Shown in pieces: positions 10,298 through 19,946 of a stretch of 64,000 nt of DNA. The notes beneath the pieces are model-generated. The model was not told the origin of the DNA, made no database searches, and was given only the letters and a program-made list of their open reading frames with translations. A program made the position numbers and the translations under genes. The DNA is taken from positions 576,001 through 640,000 of the forward strand of contig CAVPOC010000008.1 in assembly GCA_963706955.1 (NCBI GenBank), written 5' to 3'. The number at the start of each line of letters is the position of its first letter. Position 1 is the first letter of the stretch. This stretch comes from an uncultured Verrucomicrobiae bacterium. GTDB taxonomy: Bacteria > Verrucomicrobiota > Verrucomicrobiia > Chthoniobacterales > Terrimicrobiaceae.

Positions 10298-11395
10298 ATG
10301 GGTACGAAAAACCGTCTGTGTGGCTGGCTGGCAGCGCTTCTCATGGGCGTTGCCAGCCTCGCGCTCGCTCACGATCCCGGCCTGAGCACGGCTGCCGTGA
10401 AGATCTTTCCGGATCATATGGAGGCGCGAGGCGACCTTCGCGCGCGCCGACATCGAGGCACTTGTCGCCCTCGACGTGAATCACGACGGGAAGGTCAGCG
10501 CTCAGGAGTGGCAGCAAGCGCGGCCCATCCTCGAACCGCTCCTGCGGGATACGCTCGTCGTCCGGGGGAACGACGGCACCACCGGCATGACGGAAATCGG
10601 CTTTCAGCTTGATGAGAACGACAATTTTCATGTCGCTGGCATCCTGCGCGCAGAAGGCGCGAAGCTTACCCTGGAGTCGCCGTTACTCAAGCAGCTCCCT
10701 CGCGGGCATCGGCAATTCATTAGCGTGCTAATCAACCAAGGCACTCCAGTCGGCGAGGCGCTGCTCAGCGCAGAAAATCATGCACTGGAGGTCGACGCAG
10801 GAATTGGCTGAGGAGCCACGACACTTGCAAAGCGCAGCCACGTTCGGAGGGTTCTTCTTCATGGGCGTGGAACACATCCTGACCGGCTATGATCACTTGA
10901 TCTTTCTCTTCGGCCTGCTTATCGCGATGTCACAATTTCGCGCGACGCTTTGGGTGATCACGTGCTTCACGCTGGCACACTCGGTCACGCTGGCGCTGGC
11001 AGCGTTCGATCTGGTGCGGATCCCAGAGCACATCGTCGAACCATTAATCGCGGCCACCATCATCTACGTCGGCGTGGAAAATTTGCTGCGGCTGGACAAT
11101 GCGACAGGTCGCTGGAGGTTGGCGCTTATTTTCGGTCTGGTTCACGGTCTCGGCTTCGCCACAGATCTGAAAGAAAAAGTCGCCGGCATGAGTGGCGAAA
11201 AAATCGTCGTTCCATTGGTGTCGTTCAACCTTGGAGTCGAGGTCGGCCAATTGGCCGTCGCCGCGCTGGTCTTGCCATTGATCATGGTGGTTGCGGAGTC
11301 AGGCCGGTTTACGGCGGAGTCTGGTGCCATCCTGCTCCACCCTGGTAGTGCTGGCTGGCGCCTGGTGGCTCGTGCAGCGAACGCTACTGGGATAA
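10298..11395 (+). CDS. HupE/UreJ-family membrane protein with periplasmic N-domain (about three frameshifts)
   Basis: Signal peptide ALA-HDPG; EF-hand-like DVNHDGKVSAQE; GVEHILTGYDHLIFL, FTLAHSVTL, FGLVHGLGFA, FNLGVEVGQ. Confidence 0.82.
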
Positions 11396-11519
11396 GAGCG
11401 CTCAGCCCAAGCCTCAGAACCGGCAATTAGGCTGTGTCGCGCCTTAGATTGGCGAGCCAAAGTGCGGTCTAGCGATCCGCGTTCCGTCCGTCGCCATCCG
11501 TCGCCAGAATTTTTCGCCC

Positions 11520-12293
11520 CTATGAGGAATGGCTGACCGTCTCGCGCGCCGTGCGAATCTCGTGCAACACGAGGTTCATCAGTTCTTCAACAGAAGTATC
11601 ACGCGTCGGTCTGTCGAAGGTAATCTGGCCGTTTTGCAAGAGACTGACGCGATCGCAGACGTCGAAGACGTGCGCGTAGTTGTGCGCTACAAGAATGATC
11701 GATACTTCGCCCTTTTCTTTGAGGCGACGGATGAGGTCCAGGATCATGGCGCTCTCTTTCACACCCATTGCTGCCGTCGGCTCGTCCAAGAGCAACACCT
11801 TGGCATTGGCAAAAACCGAGCGCGCAACCGCTATGGCCTGCCGCTGACCGCCCGAGAGTTTGGAGATTTCCACGTCGACTCTGGGAATGTTGACACCCAT
11901 CCCATTCAGCTGCTCGATCGCGCGCTCGCGCATGGTCCGATCATCTAGAATACCAAGGAAGCGGCTATACATGATTTCCCGTTGTAGGAACATGTTGCGA
12001 TAAACATTCAATTCATTTATCAGCGCGAGATCCTGGTAAACGGGTTCGATTCCCAGCGACCGGGCGTGGCTGACAGACTTGAGCTCGATCTCCTCGCCCT
12101 GAAAATAGATCTTCCCGCTGCTCGGCCGATGAAAGCCGGTAAGAATCTTCAACAACGTGGATTTTCCGGCGCCGTTGTCGCCGAGAAGACCTAGGACTTC
12201 GCCTCTGGCAAGACGGATTGACGCATCCCTGAGAGCTGTCACCCGGCCAAAGGATTTGGAGATGTGCTCCGTCCGCAATACTTCCTCGTTCAT
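11520..12293 (-). CDS. Sugar ABC transporter ATP-binding protein
   Basis: GDNGAGKST Walker A, VYQDLAL, LSGGQRQ, LLLDEPTAAMG. Confidence 0.95.
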   Translation of the reverse strand: MNEEVLRTEHISKSFGRVTALRDASIRLARGEVLGLLGDNGAGKSTLLKILTGFHRPSSGKIYFQGEEIELKSVSHARSLGIEPVYQDLALINELNVYRNMFLQREIMYSRFLGILDDRTMRERAIEQLNGMGVNIPRVDVEISKLSGGQRQAIAVARSVFANAKVLLLDEPTAAMGVKESAMILDLIRRLKEKGEVSIILVAHNYAHVFDVCDRVSLLQNGQITFDRPTRDTSVEELMNLVLHEIRTARETVSHSS

Positions 12294-13321
12294 TATCCAC
12301 CTCCCGCCGCGCGCAGACGGCTCAAGTGCACATTGATGAGCATCGTGATGAGGATTGCGCCTCCCAAAATCATGTTGAAAGTGTACGCGCTGACCCCTGA
12401 GAGCGTAAAGCCGTCTTTCAATATCCCAAGCACTGCGGCGCCGAGAAATGCACCGATGATTGTGCCTGAGCCTCCAGTGAGCAGAGTTCCGCCGATAACA
12501 GCAGATGCGATCGCCATAAACATGATTTCTGTTCCACCCGCGAGCGGATCGATCGAGCCGATGCGAAAGGTGTCCAGGGTGCCTGCAAGGCCTCCCAAGA
12601 CACTACAAATGACGAAATTCCCCATCTTTATGCGACCGATTTTGATGCCCACCTCGGCGGCACCAATTAAGTTCCCGCCCGTGGCCACGGTGTGTAGCCC
12701 CCAACGTGTCTTGACGAGCACGAACTGGAGAATGAGCGTCACGCCGATCGCCCACAGGATCTGCGAGAGCGGGTTGCCACCGAAGATTTCCTGAAGCATT
12801 GGCCCCGCTTTCGGTCGCACGGGAAAACCGCCCGAGATGGTTAGCGTGAAGCCGTTTATAAAGAACAGCGTCCCGAGAGTGGTGATGAAAGAGGGTATTC
12901 GGAGTATCACGGTAAAAAATCCGTTGATGAGGCCCACAATAGCCGCAGCGACTAAACCGATTCCGACCGCGGGAACGAAGGGAACGCCCGCTTGCTGCGC
13001 GAAATGCATCACGAACGGCGACAGCGCGTAAACCTGACCCACCGACAAATCTACCTCACCGGCGATCAGAACCATGACCAGGCCCGCCGCGATGATCGCG
13101 GTCATGGCCGTGTATTCGGCCAGGTTTCCAATGTTGCTGGGCGTAAGGAACGCGGGAGCCGTGCTCTGAAAGTAGATGACCATCACGATACCGGCAATCG
13201 CGGTGCTCGCCTCTCGAGAGCGCAGGAGGAAAAGACCAGCCCGGCTCACCCAGCTTCGGGGCGCAGCACGCCGGACGGTATCCTTTCGTTGCGGAAGAAG
13301 ATCCGCTTTGTCTGCTGCCAT
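12293..13321 (-). CDS. Sugar ABC transporter permease (RbsC-like)
   Basis: Multiple hydrophobic segments; GEVDLSVG, IPSFITTLG, IASAVIGGTLLTGGSG. Confidence 0.93.
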   Translation of the reverse strand: MAADKADLLPQRKDTVRRAAPRSWVSRAGLFLLRSREASTAIAGIVMVIYFQSTAPAFLTPSNIGNLAEYTAMTAIIAAGLVMVLIAGEVDLSVGQVYALSPFVMHFAQQAGVPFVPAVGIGLVAAAIVGLINGFFTVILRIPSFITTLGTLFFINGFTLTISGGFPVRPKAGPMLQEIFGGNPLSQILWAIGVTLILQFVLVKTRWGLHTVATGGNLIGAAEVGIKIGRIKMGNFVICSVLGGLAGTLDTFRIGSIDPLAGGTEIMFMAIASAVIGGTLLTGGSGTIIGAFLGAAVLGILKDGFTLSGVSAYTFNMILGGAILITMLINVHLSRLRAAGGG

Positions 13322-13336
13322 GACGTTGCGCGATCT

Positions 13337-14435
13337 TTATCCGATGGGGCCCGACCGCGTAACCACTTTTTGCTCGCTTGAGTTACCCTGATAGCGACTC
13401 TCAGTCTTTATGAAGGGCTCGACGTTTGCCTTCGTCAAGAAGCTCAGGCCGGTATTGATGTCGGAGGGACCCGTCAACCCGCCTGAGATCTTGTAGAGAA
13501 AGAGCACCATGACGGTGTAGAAACCTTGGAGATACGGCTGTTGGTCGATGGTAAAGTCGAGATCTCCCTTTTGCACGTAGTCGAGCGTACTTGGCAGAAG
13601 ATCAAAGCCACCGGCGTGAATACCCTTTGACTGTAGTTTATTTTCACTCATCGTCTTCCCGACCGCTGAGGTGCTGCCCGCGTCTACGGCAAACATGCCT
13701 TTTATGTCTGGGTGGCCCGCATAGTAAGCAGCAACCCGCGAGACCTCCTCATTTAGGGTGGGTCCGCTCGCTATCTCATTCAGCTTGATATTCTTGCCAG
13801 ACTCCTTGATCGCCTCGGCTGCGCCGTCCAGCCGCGGCTGGATGTTCAGTTGGCCAGGCGTAGCAATAAATCCAACCACTTCGCCCTCCGGAACTAACTC
13901 GACGATGCGCTCGCCTAACCCCTTGCCGGAGAGAAAGAGATCCTGGCCAATGTAGCACAATCGCTTGTTCTTTGCGTCGGCGTTGTACGACACCACGGGA
14001 ATGCCTGCCTTGAGTGCTTTTTCGGTAGGCTCGTTAAAAGCCGTGCAGATCAACCAGACAGACGGCTATGCCGTCGGCACCTGCCGAGATCGCCGTATTC
14101 ATGGCATTGACCATATCGGTAGCGATGGATTTCTCGGAACCGGTCCACTGATAGGTACAGCCCAGAAGTGCGCAGGCATCCTCGGCGCCGTACTTGGTGG
14201 GAACAAAGAACGGGTTCGTTGTGACGTGATTCACGAAAACGAATTTCCATTGTGGATGCTTCGGGAAAAGGCCGAAGCCTCCTTCCGCGGCCTCTGCACT
14301 TTCCGGTATTCCGAGACCGAACGAGGATAGCGAAGCCAGCGCGCCAAAGCCGGCCGCGCGTCGCAACGCTTCGCGCCGTGAAACGCCGCCCACGTCTTTT
14401 TGGCTGCTGTTGGGGGAACGGTTCGTCTTTTTCAT
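13337..14435 (-). CDS. Sugar ABC transporter substrate-binding protein, Tat-exported; frameshift near 14040
   Basis: SRREALRR twin-arginine signal, NPFFVPTKYGAEDA, ADGIAV; continues in the second frame with GIPVVSYNAD...TIDQQPYLQG. Confidence 0.88.
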
Positions 14436-14472
14436 GGGATCTTACTCTGGGGGATGGGTTGATTTGTGTAAT

Positions 14473-15619
14473 CTACTTGGTCGAGAAACGATAAACCGTC
14501 GTTTGTGTGTACTTCTCACCCGGCTGTAACTCGGTTGTGGGAAAGTCCGGCTGGTTTGGTGAATCTGGAAAGTGCTGCGTCTCTAAACAGAGGCCAGTCC
14601 GGTGTTGGTAAGCGGTGCCGCCCTTGCCTTTGTTTGTCCCGTCGAGAAAGTTGCCGACATAAACCTGCAAACCCGGCTCGGTGGTTAGGAGTTCCATGAA
14701 TCTTCCTGTGGTTGGCTCGTAGAGGGACGCCACCAATTCAAGGTCGTTTCCGGTTCGGTTCAGCACCCAGTTGTGATCGTAACCACTACCAAATTTCATC
14801 TGTTCATCGTCGCTTTCGACCCGGGCTCCAATGGCTGTGGGCTTGTTGAAATCGAACGGCGTGCCCGCAACCGGCCTGAGCTCCCCCGTCGGAATCAGAC
14901 CCTTGTCAACCGGAGTGAACTTATCAGACTTAATCATCAGCTCGTGCCCCAGGATATCGCTCGCTCCGGCATCTTTTAGGTTAAAATAGGAATGGTGCGT
15001 CAAATTGACGAAAGTGGGCTTATCGGTTTCAGCGGTGTACTGGATCTTCAACTCATTGTTGTCCGTAAGGGTGTAAATCACCTCGCAGCGAAGAGTGCCT
15101 GGATAGTTTTCCTCCCCATCTTTGCTCGTGTACGTCAGCTTGAGGGCCGGTCCTTCGGGAGTGTCCAACTTTTCAGCCTGCCAGACGACTTTATCGAATC
15201 CTTTGCGACCGCCATGCAGGGCGTTCTCAGCGTTGTTCTGCGCAAGTTGGTAGTCGACACCGCTGATCTTGAATCTGCCCTTTGCGATTCGATTGCCATA
15301 GCGGCCGATCAAGGCACCGAAATAGGCGAGTGTTGCCGATATAGTCGTTTAGCGTGTCATATCCAAGCACCACATCGCCAAGTTTGCCATTTTTATCAGG
15401 CACCGAAAGTGAAACGACGATTCCACCGTAGTTGGTGATTGTCGCTTCGAGGCCATTCTTGTTCTTTAGCGTGTAGAGCTCGACTTGAGCGCCATCGATC
15501 TTTCGGCGAAATGCTTCCGGATTAACTTGCCCGCTGGAGGTCCTGACGAAACCGCCGAAGAATATCGCCAAAGCCAGCGCGGGGCCAACAACAACCAACC
15601 CACGACGAGGAGTAAACAT
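14473..15619 (-). CDS. galM: Aldose 1-epimerase (mutarotase) with signal peptide; frameshift near 15325
   Basis: ITNYGGIVVSL, DVVLGYD, IGRYGNRI, LHGG, NLTHHSYFNL, YDHN, CLETQHFPDSPN. Confidence 0.9.
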
Positions 15620-15952
15620 AAAGACACCTTTCGGTGAACAGGGGAATGCCAGAATATCCCGCTAAAATTCCTTGAATTCAACAGCGTTTTTCAAGGTAAC
15701 CTCCCTATCTCACCTGCAAGCCTTCTGCCCTCCGGGAAATCCGTAGGTCCACTTCGATTCTCACTAAAATACTTCCCGGCAAACCTTCATAGTTCGGACG
15801 CACATGAATTGCGGTTGCAGTTGGAGCGCCAGAGGCGAGTATCGTCGGAAAAGTTGCCCAAGTCCGGTGCGCAGCCGTCTGCCCACAATTGCGCGTTGGT
15901 TCTCGATGAGCCGATGCTTGAGAGCATGGCAACTACGGCGCATGGCCTGCCC

Positions 15953-16975
15953 TCACGGAAGCGTCCAGGGTTTGAAGTAGTCGAGAAGAATGAGCGACGA
16001 GCCACCAGAGGAGCGTCGAGACGACTCAAGGACGGCGGGAAAGTCTGTCATTGGTCCAAAGACAAACCCGCGCGAGAGAGGACGAAAGAAATCGTCCTGA
16101 TGACTGGGAAGAACATATCGAGGTCGCAACTGTTCCAAAATTTCGGCAAATCGCTTTCGGGAGTCTGGGAGCGCCACTCCGAGGATCGCCAGATCGATTC
16201 GCCCGAGCGATGGCGGTAAGGCGCCGTTGGGTCTGCCGCCGGCTGCGATGTAGATTCGCCGCCCACCGATCTCGATTAAGAAAGCGAGCGGCTCTCCGCA
16301 GACCCAATCTCCGGCTGCCCGCGGCGGCAGACGGCGAGGTGGTCCATCGAAGGGAACACGGCCAAAAAGGCGGTCATGCTTTGCTGGGAGGACGCTTACG
16401 GTGGCTCCACGGAGAGAGACCTTCTCTCCAGCAGTAACGACCATGCACTTTTCCGATGGAACGCCCGCCGACCGCGCCAGTTGAATGCTGGTGGAAGAAG
16501 CGATCAGCCTCGCACCTGTGAGAGCGACGACCTCAGGGACATCGAGCAGATGATCGAAATGGCCGTGGGTCACCATGACGGCGTCGATTCTGCGCACCGG
16601 CAAGTATCGCTCGATTAGCTGGCGACTCGAGGAGACCGGAAGATTCATCGCGGCGCGAAAAAGCCTAATGCGCGAAAAGTAGGGGTCGATCAGCAGCGCC
16701 GCGTCGCGCGATTGTAGCAGATAAGCATTGGTTCCCAAATAGGCGATGCGCACTCCTGTTTTCGGTGGCGCAAACGACACATCTTGATCCGCGACGATCA
16801 AGTCGCGATAGCGCTGCAAGCCGGCGTGAAGCTCCTCCCTTGTCATCCAGAGGCCTAGAACGACCAGAATCCCGATCAGCCTCACAGATCGGCGAATTGC
16901 CGATTTCGCTGCTCTGACAACACATTCGAGACTGGCGCCGTCCCTTCTCTCTAGCTGGTTCTTCGATTTGCTCAT
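15953..16975 (-). CDS. Metallo-beta-lactamase-fold hydrolase (UlaG-like)
   Basis: LLIDPYFSR, THGHFDHLLD, H in PAKHD, PSHQDDFF. Start overlaps the upstream stop (ATGA). Confidence 0.85.
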   Translation of the reverse strand: MSKSKNQLERRDGASLECVVRAAKSAIRRSVRLIGILVVLGLWMTREELHAGLQRYRDLIVADQDVSFAPPKTGVRIAYLGTNAYLLQSRDAALLIDPYFSRIRLFRAAMNLPVSSSRQLIERYLPVRRIDAVMVTHGHFDHLLDVPEVVALTGARLIASSTSIQLARSAGVPSEKCMVVTAGEKVSLRGATVSVLPAKHDRLFGRVPFDGPPRRLPPRAAGDWVCGEPLAFLIEIGGRRIYIAAGGRPNGALPPSLGRIDLAILGVALPDSRKRFAEILEQLRPRYVLPSHQDDFFRPLSRGFVFGPMTDFPAVLESSRRSSGGSSLILLDYFKPWTLP

Positions 16976-17700
16976 ACAAGCGCGCGAAAAGCTCCGTAGA
17001 AGCGGAAAGGGTCGGTGTAAAGATGTTCCAAGCTTCGGAAGCCCCCTTCGAAAGCTATCCGTTCGAAGGTCCTTAGATTCTCGGGAAAGTCATACTGTGA
17101 AACATGCTCCCAAATGATTTTCCTTTCCTCGGAAGTGAACGCTTGCCAGTCGTGTTCAAGGGAAGCCTTCCAGCGATCAAGAAATTCTTCGCGCGTCTCC
17201 TGGCCATCGAGCATCGGTTCGAAGAAAATCCATTCGCCGCCTGCGCTAAGTGCGCGGCAAATTTGCGGTGCGAAGGCAACTTTGGCTTTGCTATCCAAGT
17301 GATGAAACGAGAAGCCAACAAAAATGATGTCCCACCGGCGGGAGGCTGCGTTAACATACTCCTGAAAGTCCTGGTGTATTACCTGCGTCGCGCACCCGAG
17401 TGAATGAGCGTTATCGAAAGCGACGGAGAGGGCGGGCTCCGAGAGGTCGACCGCGATGTATTCGCTGACGTTCGTTCCACGAAGAGCGGCAACGGAACAA
17501 CCCGCGTCCCCACAGGCGAGATCGAGCAACGAAAACGGCGCGCTTCGCGCCTTGAGCAGGTCGTGTAAAATTCCAAAGAGCGCGCGATGCGACATATAGT
17601 CCGCCTCAACGACGCGGCGATACATCGCCTGCTGCGCCACAAAAATCGCGAGTCCGCCATCGCTTCGAGATTCGGGGGTCAGACCCATCCCGACAGTCAA
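16972..17700 (-). CDS. Class I SAM-dependent methyltransferase
   Basis: LLDLACGDA motif I, AVDLS, FSFHHL, ALSAGG. Confidence 0.88.
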   Translation of the reverse strand: MTVGMGLTPESRSDGGLAIFVAQQAMYRRVVEADYMSHRALFGILHDLLKARSAPFSLLDLACGDAGCSVAALRGTNVSEYIAVDLSEPALSVAFDNAHSLGCATQVIHQDFQEYVNAASRRWDIIFVGFSFHHLDSKAKVAFAPQICRALSAGGEWIFFEPMLDGQETREEFLDRWKASLEHDWQAFTSEERKIIWEHVSQYDFPENLRTFERIAFEGGFRSLEHLYTDPFRFYGAFRALV

Positions 17701-17780
17701 GCAGACGCGAAGCGTCCGGTAAACTCTCCTCCTTCATTCGCTGCCGCCCGCACCTTCGGCCCACAAAGGAGCCGCGGCAA

Positions 17781-17862
17781 TGCCCGGAGAGGGACTCGAA
17801 CCCACAAGGATTGCTCCACCAGATCCTAAGTCTGGCGCGTCTGCCAATTCCGCCACCCGGGC
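17781..17862 (-). tRNA. tRNA-Leu(TAG)
   Basis: GCCCGGGTGGCGGAATTGGCAGACGCG, CCAGA-CTTAGGA-TCTGG anticodon arm, long variable arm, GGTTCGAGTCCC. Confidence 0.97.
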
Positions 17863-17993
17863 CTACTAATCACCAATCGCGCGTCGATAGACGATACGCT
17901 TACAATATAACGCGAGACAATGCCACCCCTACTCGCGTCGTTGATGGCAACGATAACGATCTGACGAGCAGCGGCGCCCGCCGCTCGAAATTT

Positions 17994-18365
17994 CTATAAA
18001 ACGGCAGAATGCTTTAACGGGCGCTTCCTGTGGTATTTCCGACGCAGGTTGACTTCACAGATGATGAGCGGCTTTCGGTTTTTTTCGAGAATGTCCTGAA
18101 TGCCTTCTACGCAAGCCTCTACCACTTGCGACTGGCTGCGGTTCAGCTCGTCGGCCAACTCAGTCACCTTCTGCTTGCACTGCGACGTTACATTGACGAT
18201 GTGCGAACCGTTGCCTTCGTGCTCTGCAGGCGCGATAAACTCGCTGATCGCGTGACGAACGATATCCGACAGTCTCTCGCCCTTGCCGCGAGCAACCGCG
18301 ATCTCAAGCAATCGCTCGCGCTGCCCATCTTCTAGACGAACACGTAGCTGGTTGCTCTTAGGCAT
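17994..18365 (-). CDS. Ribbon-helix-helix (CopG/Arc-like) DNA-binding protein, apparently two tandem RHH units
   Basis: QLRVRLEDGQRERLLEIA...LSDIVRHAISEFI, then HIVNVTSQCKQKVTELADELNRSQSQVVEACVE. Confidence 0.65.
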   Translation of the reverse strand: MPKSNQLRVRLEDGQRERLLEIAVARGKGERLSDIVRHAISEFIAPAEHEGNGSHIVNVTSQCKQKVTELADELNRSQSQVVEACVEGIQDILEKNRKPLIICEVNLRRKYHRKRPLKHSAVL

Positions 18366-18422
18366 CTAAGTGTGATAAGGTAAAACTAAACAATTGCAAC
18401 ATTTTGTAAGCATCACCTCGGT

Positions 18423-19946
18423 TTAGGCAGCTGCTAAGGAAAAGCGAACCGCATGGTTGATGTCGTCGGTGAATTCAGCACTGCCCTCGTTGACATCCGG
18501 TTCGTAGAAGAGAACCGCATTCTCCGCGGTTCGTCCCTTCCCCAGGCGTAACCTTAGCGCTTTGACGTTCTTCGCCTGGGCTTGAACCGCACAGTCTCTA
18601 ATGGCCTGACCATCTGCATCGGAGATCTGAACACGAGGTAACGCAGCGGTTCCGGGGGAGATTTCGTTATCGACGAGAACCGGCACTGGCAGCGAGTCGA
18701 GAACTGCCTTCAGGTCCAAAGTACTCGGGGCGCCTTGACTTTCCTCATGCTTAGATCCGCGAGGCCCCCAGAAGACCGCGATTTTGCCATCGGCAAGCTT
18801 GGTCGCGAGGCAGGAAATCGTCGCCTGCGACTCGAAATCGATCCATGATTTCTCGACAAAGCTTCCTTTCAAAGCAAAGGCGATGACCTCCCGCGCGTAG
18901 CTATTGTGAATCGCCCTGAAATAATCTCCGTCTCGGGGTTCACTGCCTAAGAGCGCAGTCGCACCCGCTACGCTCAGAATTCGACCCTCTTGACTTATCG
19001 TGAGAATGCCGAATTTCAGCGCAGCAAAGGCTTCAAATAGATTCTTGGTTTGATGGTTTTGAGAGTCCCGTTCGAAGGCTGCCGCCACGTTTGTCGTCAG
19101 CAAATATCCGGCAACCTGGAGATCATCGAGCAGATCATCGGTGCAACGAGCGGCGTCGACTCCGAACGCCAGCCATCCGAGCAGCCGCGCCTCCTTCACC
19201 ATGGGGAGCAGCAGATTGCAATTGCGGTTGGCCAGATAGTTGAAAAGCGGAAGGGAGGCTCGATTTTCAAGTTCCTCCGTGGTGAGCGGATGGGCGCGCT
19301 TCTTGATCAAGCGGATAACCTCCTGAGAAGGTGCGCATTCTCGCCCACGAGATTTTCGCTCGGCGTAGGTTTCCGGCTCGACGTAGATGCGCCGGAAGGC
19401 ATTCTTCTCGACGTTCCGCAAAAATACTTCCACTCGGTCGGCCCGCAAGTCCCAACACAACTGCCGTGCCGCAGCGATGAGGACGGCCTGCGGCGTCTGG
19501 ACGTCGCCGGCCGCACGCGCGAGGGTGTGATCAAGAGGACTCGATATTCTGCGGGTTTGACGCCTCGGCTCGTGCCTTCGTGAAGGTGGAAAATTGTCTG
19601 TTGGGTGCGAGACGAGGTGCTGGCGGACGGCGTTGAGGACTTGATCCGGGGAGGAGGAAAGCCGGCCGGCATAACCGTTCAACTCGATCTTCGATTCTCC
19701 TAAGCCATCGACGACAAAGGTGGGAACGTCTTCGAGACGGACCTGAACTTGGTGCGCCTTCTCGAGCGTTTCATCGTCGATGACAACGCAAAGGGCTACG
19801 TCCGGCTGACGGAAGAGGGGGGCCCGCAATTCGTCGTATGAGCGAAGTTGGACCTCTGCAATTGATTCCAGGGCTTCTGCCACGTTAAGGGCGGAGCGGA
19901 GGCCATTGTGATCGTAAGCAACTATAATGGAGTGAGCGTGATTCAT
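18423..19946 (-). CDS. Hypothetical multi-domain sensor-like protein (receiver-like N-terminus, GAF-like, PAS-like; no kinase domain visible)
   Basis: 507 aa, ATGA-coupled to the KS gene. GAF-like LLLPMVKEARLLGWLAFG; PAS-like FGILTISQEGRILSV and LDSLPVPVLV. No H-box or HATPase motifs. Confidence 0.55.
   Translation of the reverse strand: MNHAHSIIVAYDHNGLRSALNVAEALESIAEVQLRSYDELRAPLFRQPDVALCVVIDDETLEKAHQVQVRLEDVPTFVVDGLGESKIELNGYAGRLSSSPDQVLNAVRQHLVSHPTDNFPPSRRHEPRRQTRRISSPLDHTLARAAGDVQTPQAVLIAAARQLCWDLRADRVEVFLRNVEKNAFRRIYVEPETYAERKSRGRECAPSQEVIRLIKKRAHPLTTEELENRASLPLFNYLANRNCNLLLPMVKEARLLGWLAFGVDAARCTDDLLDDLQVAGYLLTTNVAAAFERDSQNHQTKNLFEAFAALKFGILTISQEGRILSVAGATALLGSEPRDGDYFRAIHNSYAREVIAFALKGSFVEKSWIDFESQATISCLATKLADGKIAVFWGPRGSKHEESQGAPSTLDLKAVLDSLPVPVLVDNEISPGTAALPRVQISDADGQAIRDCAVQAQAKNVKALRLRLGKGRTAENAVLFYEPDVNEGSAEFTDDINHAVRFSLAAA

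Noticed and set aside
15705..16029. Small Cys-containing ORFs as RiPP precursors
   Set aside because: No clear RBS or leader, they partly overlap the MBL gene, and no RiPP maturases are adjacent.
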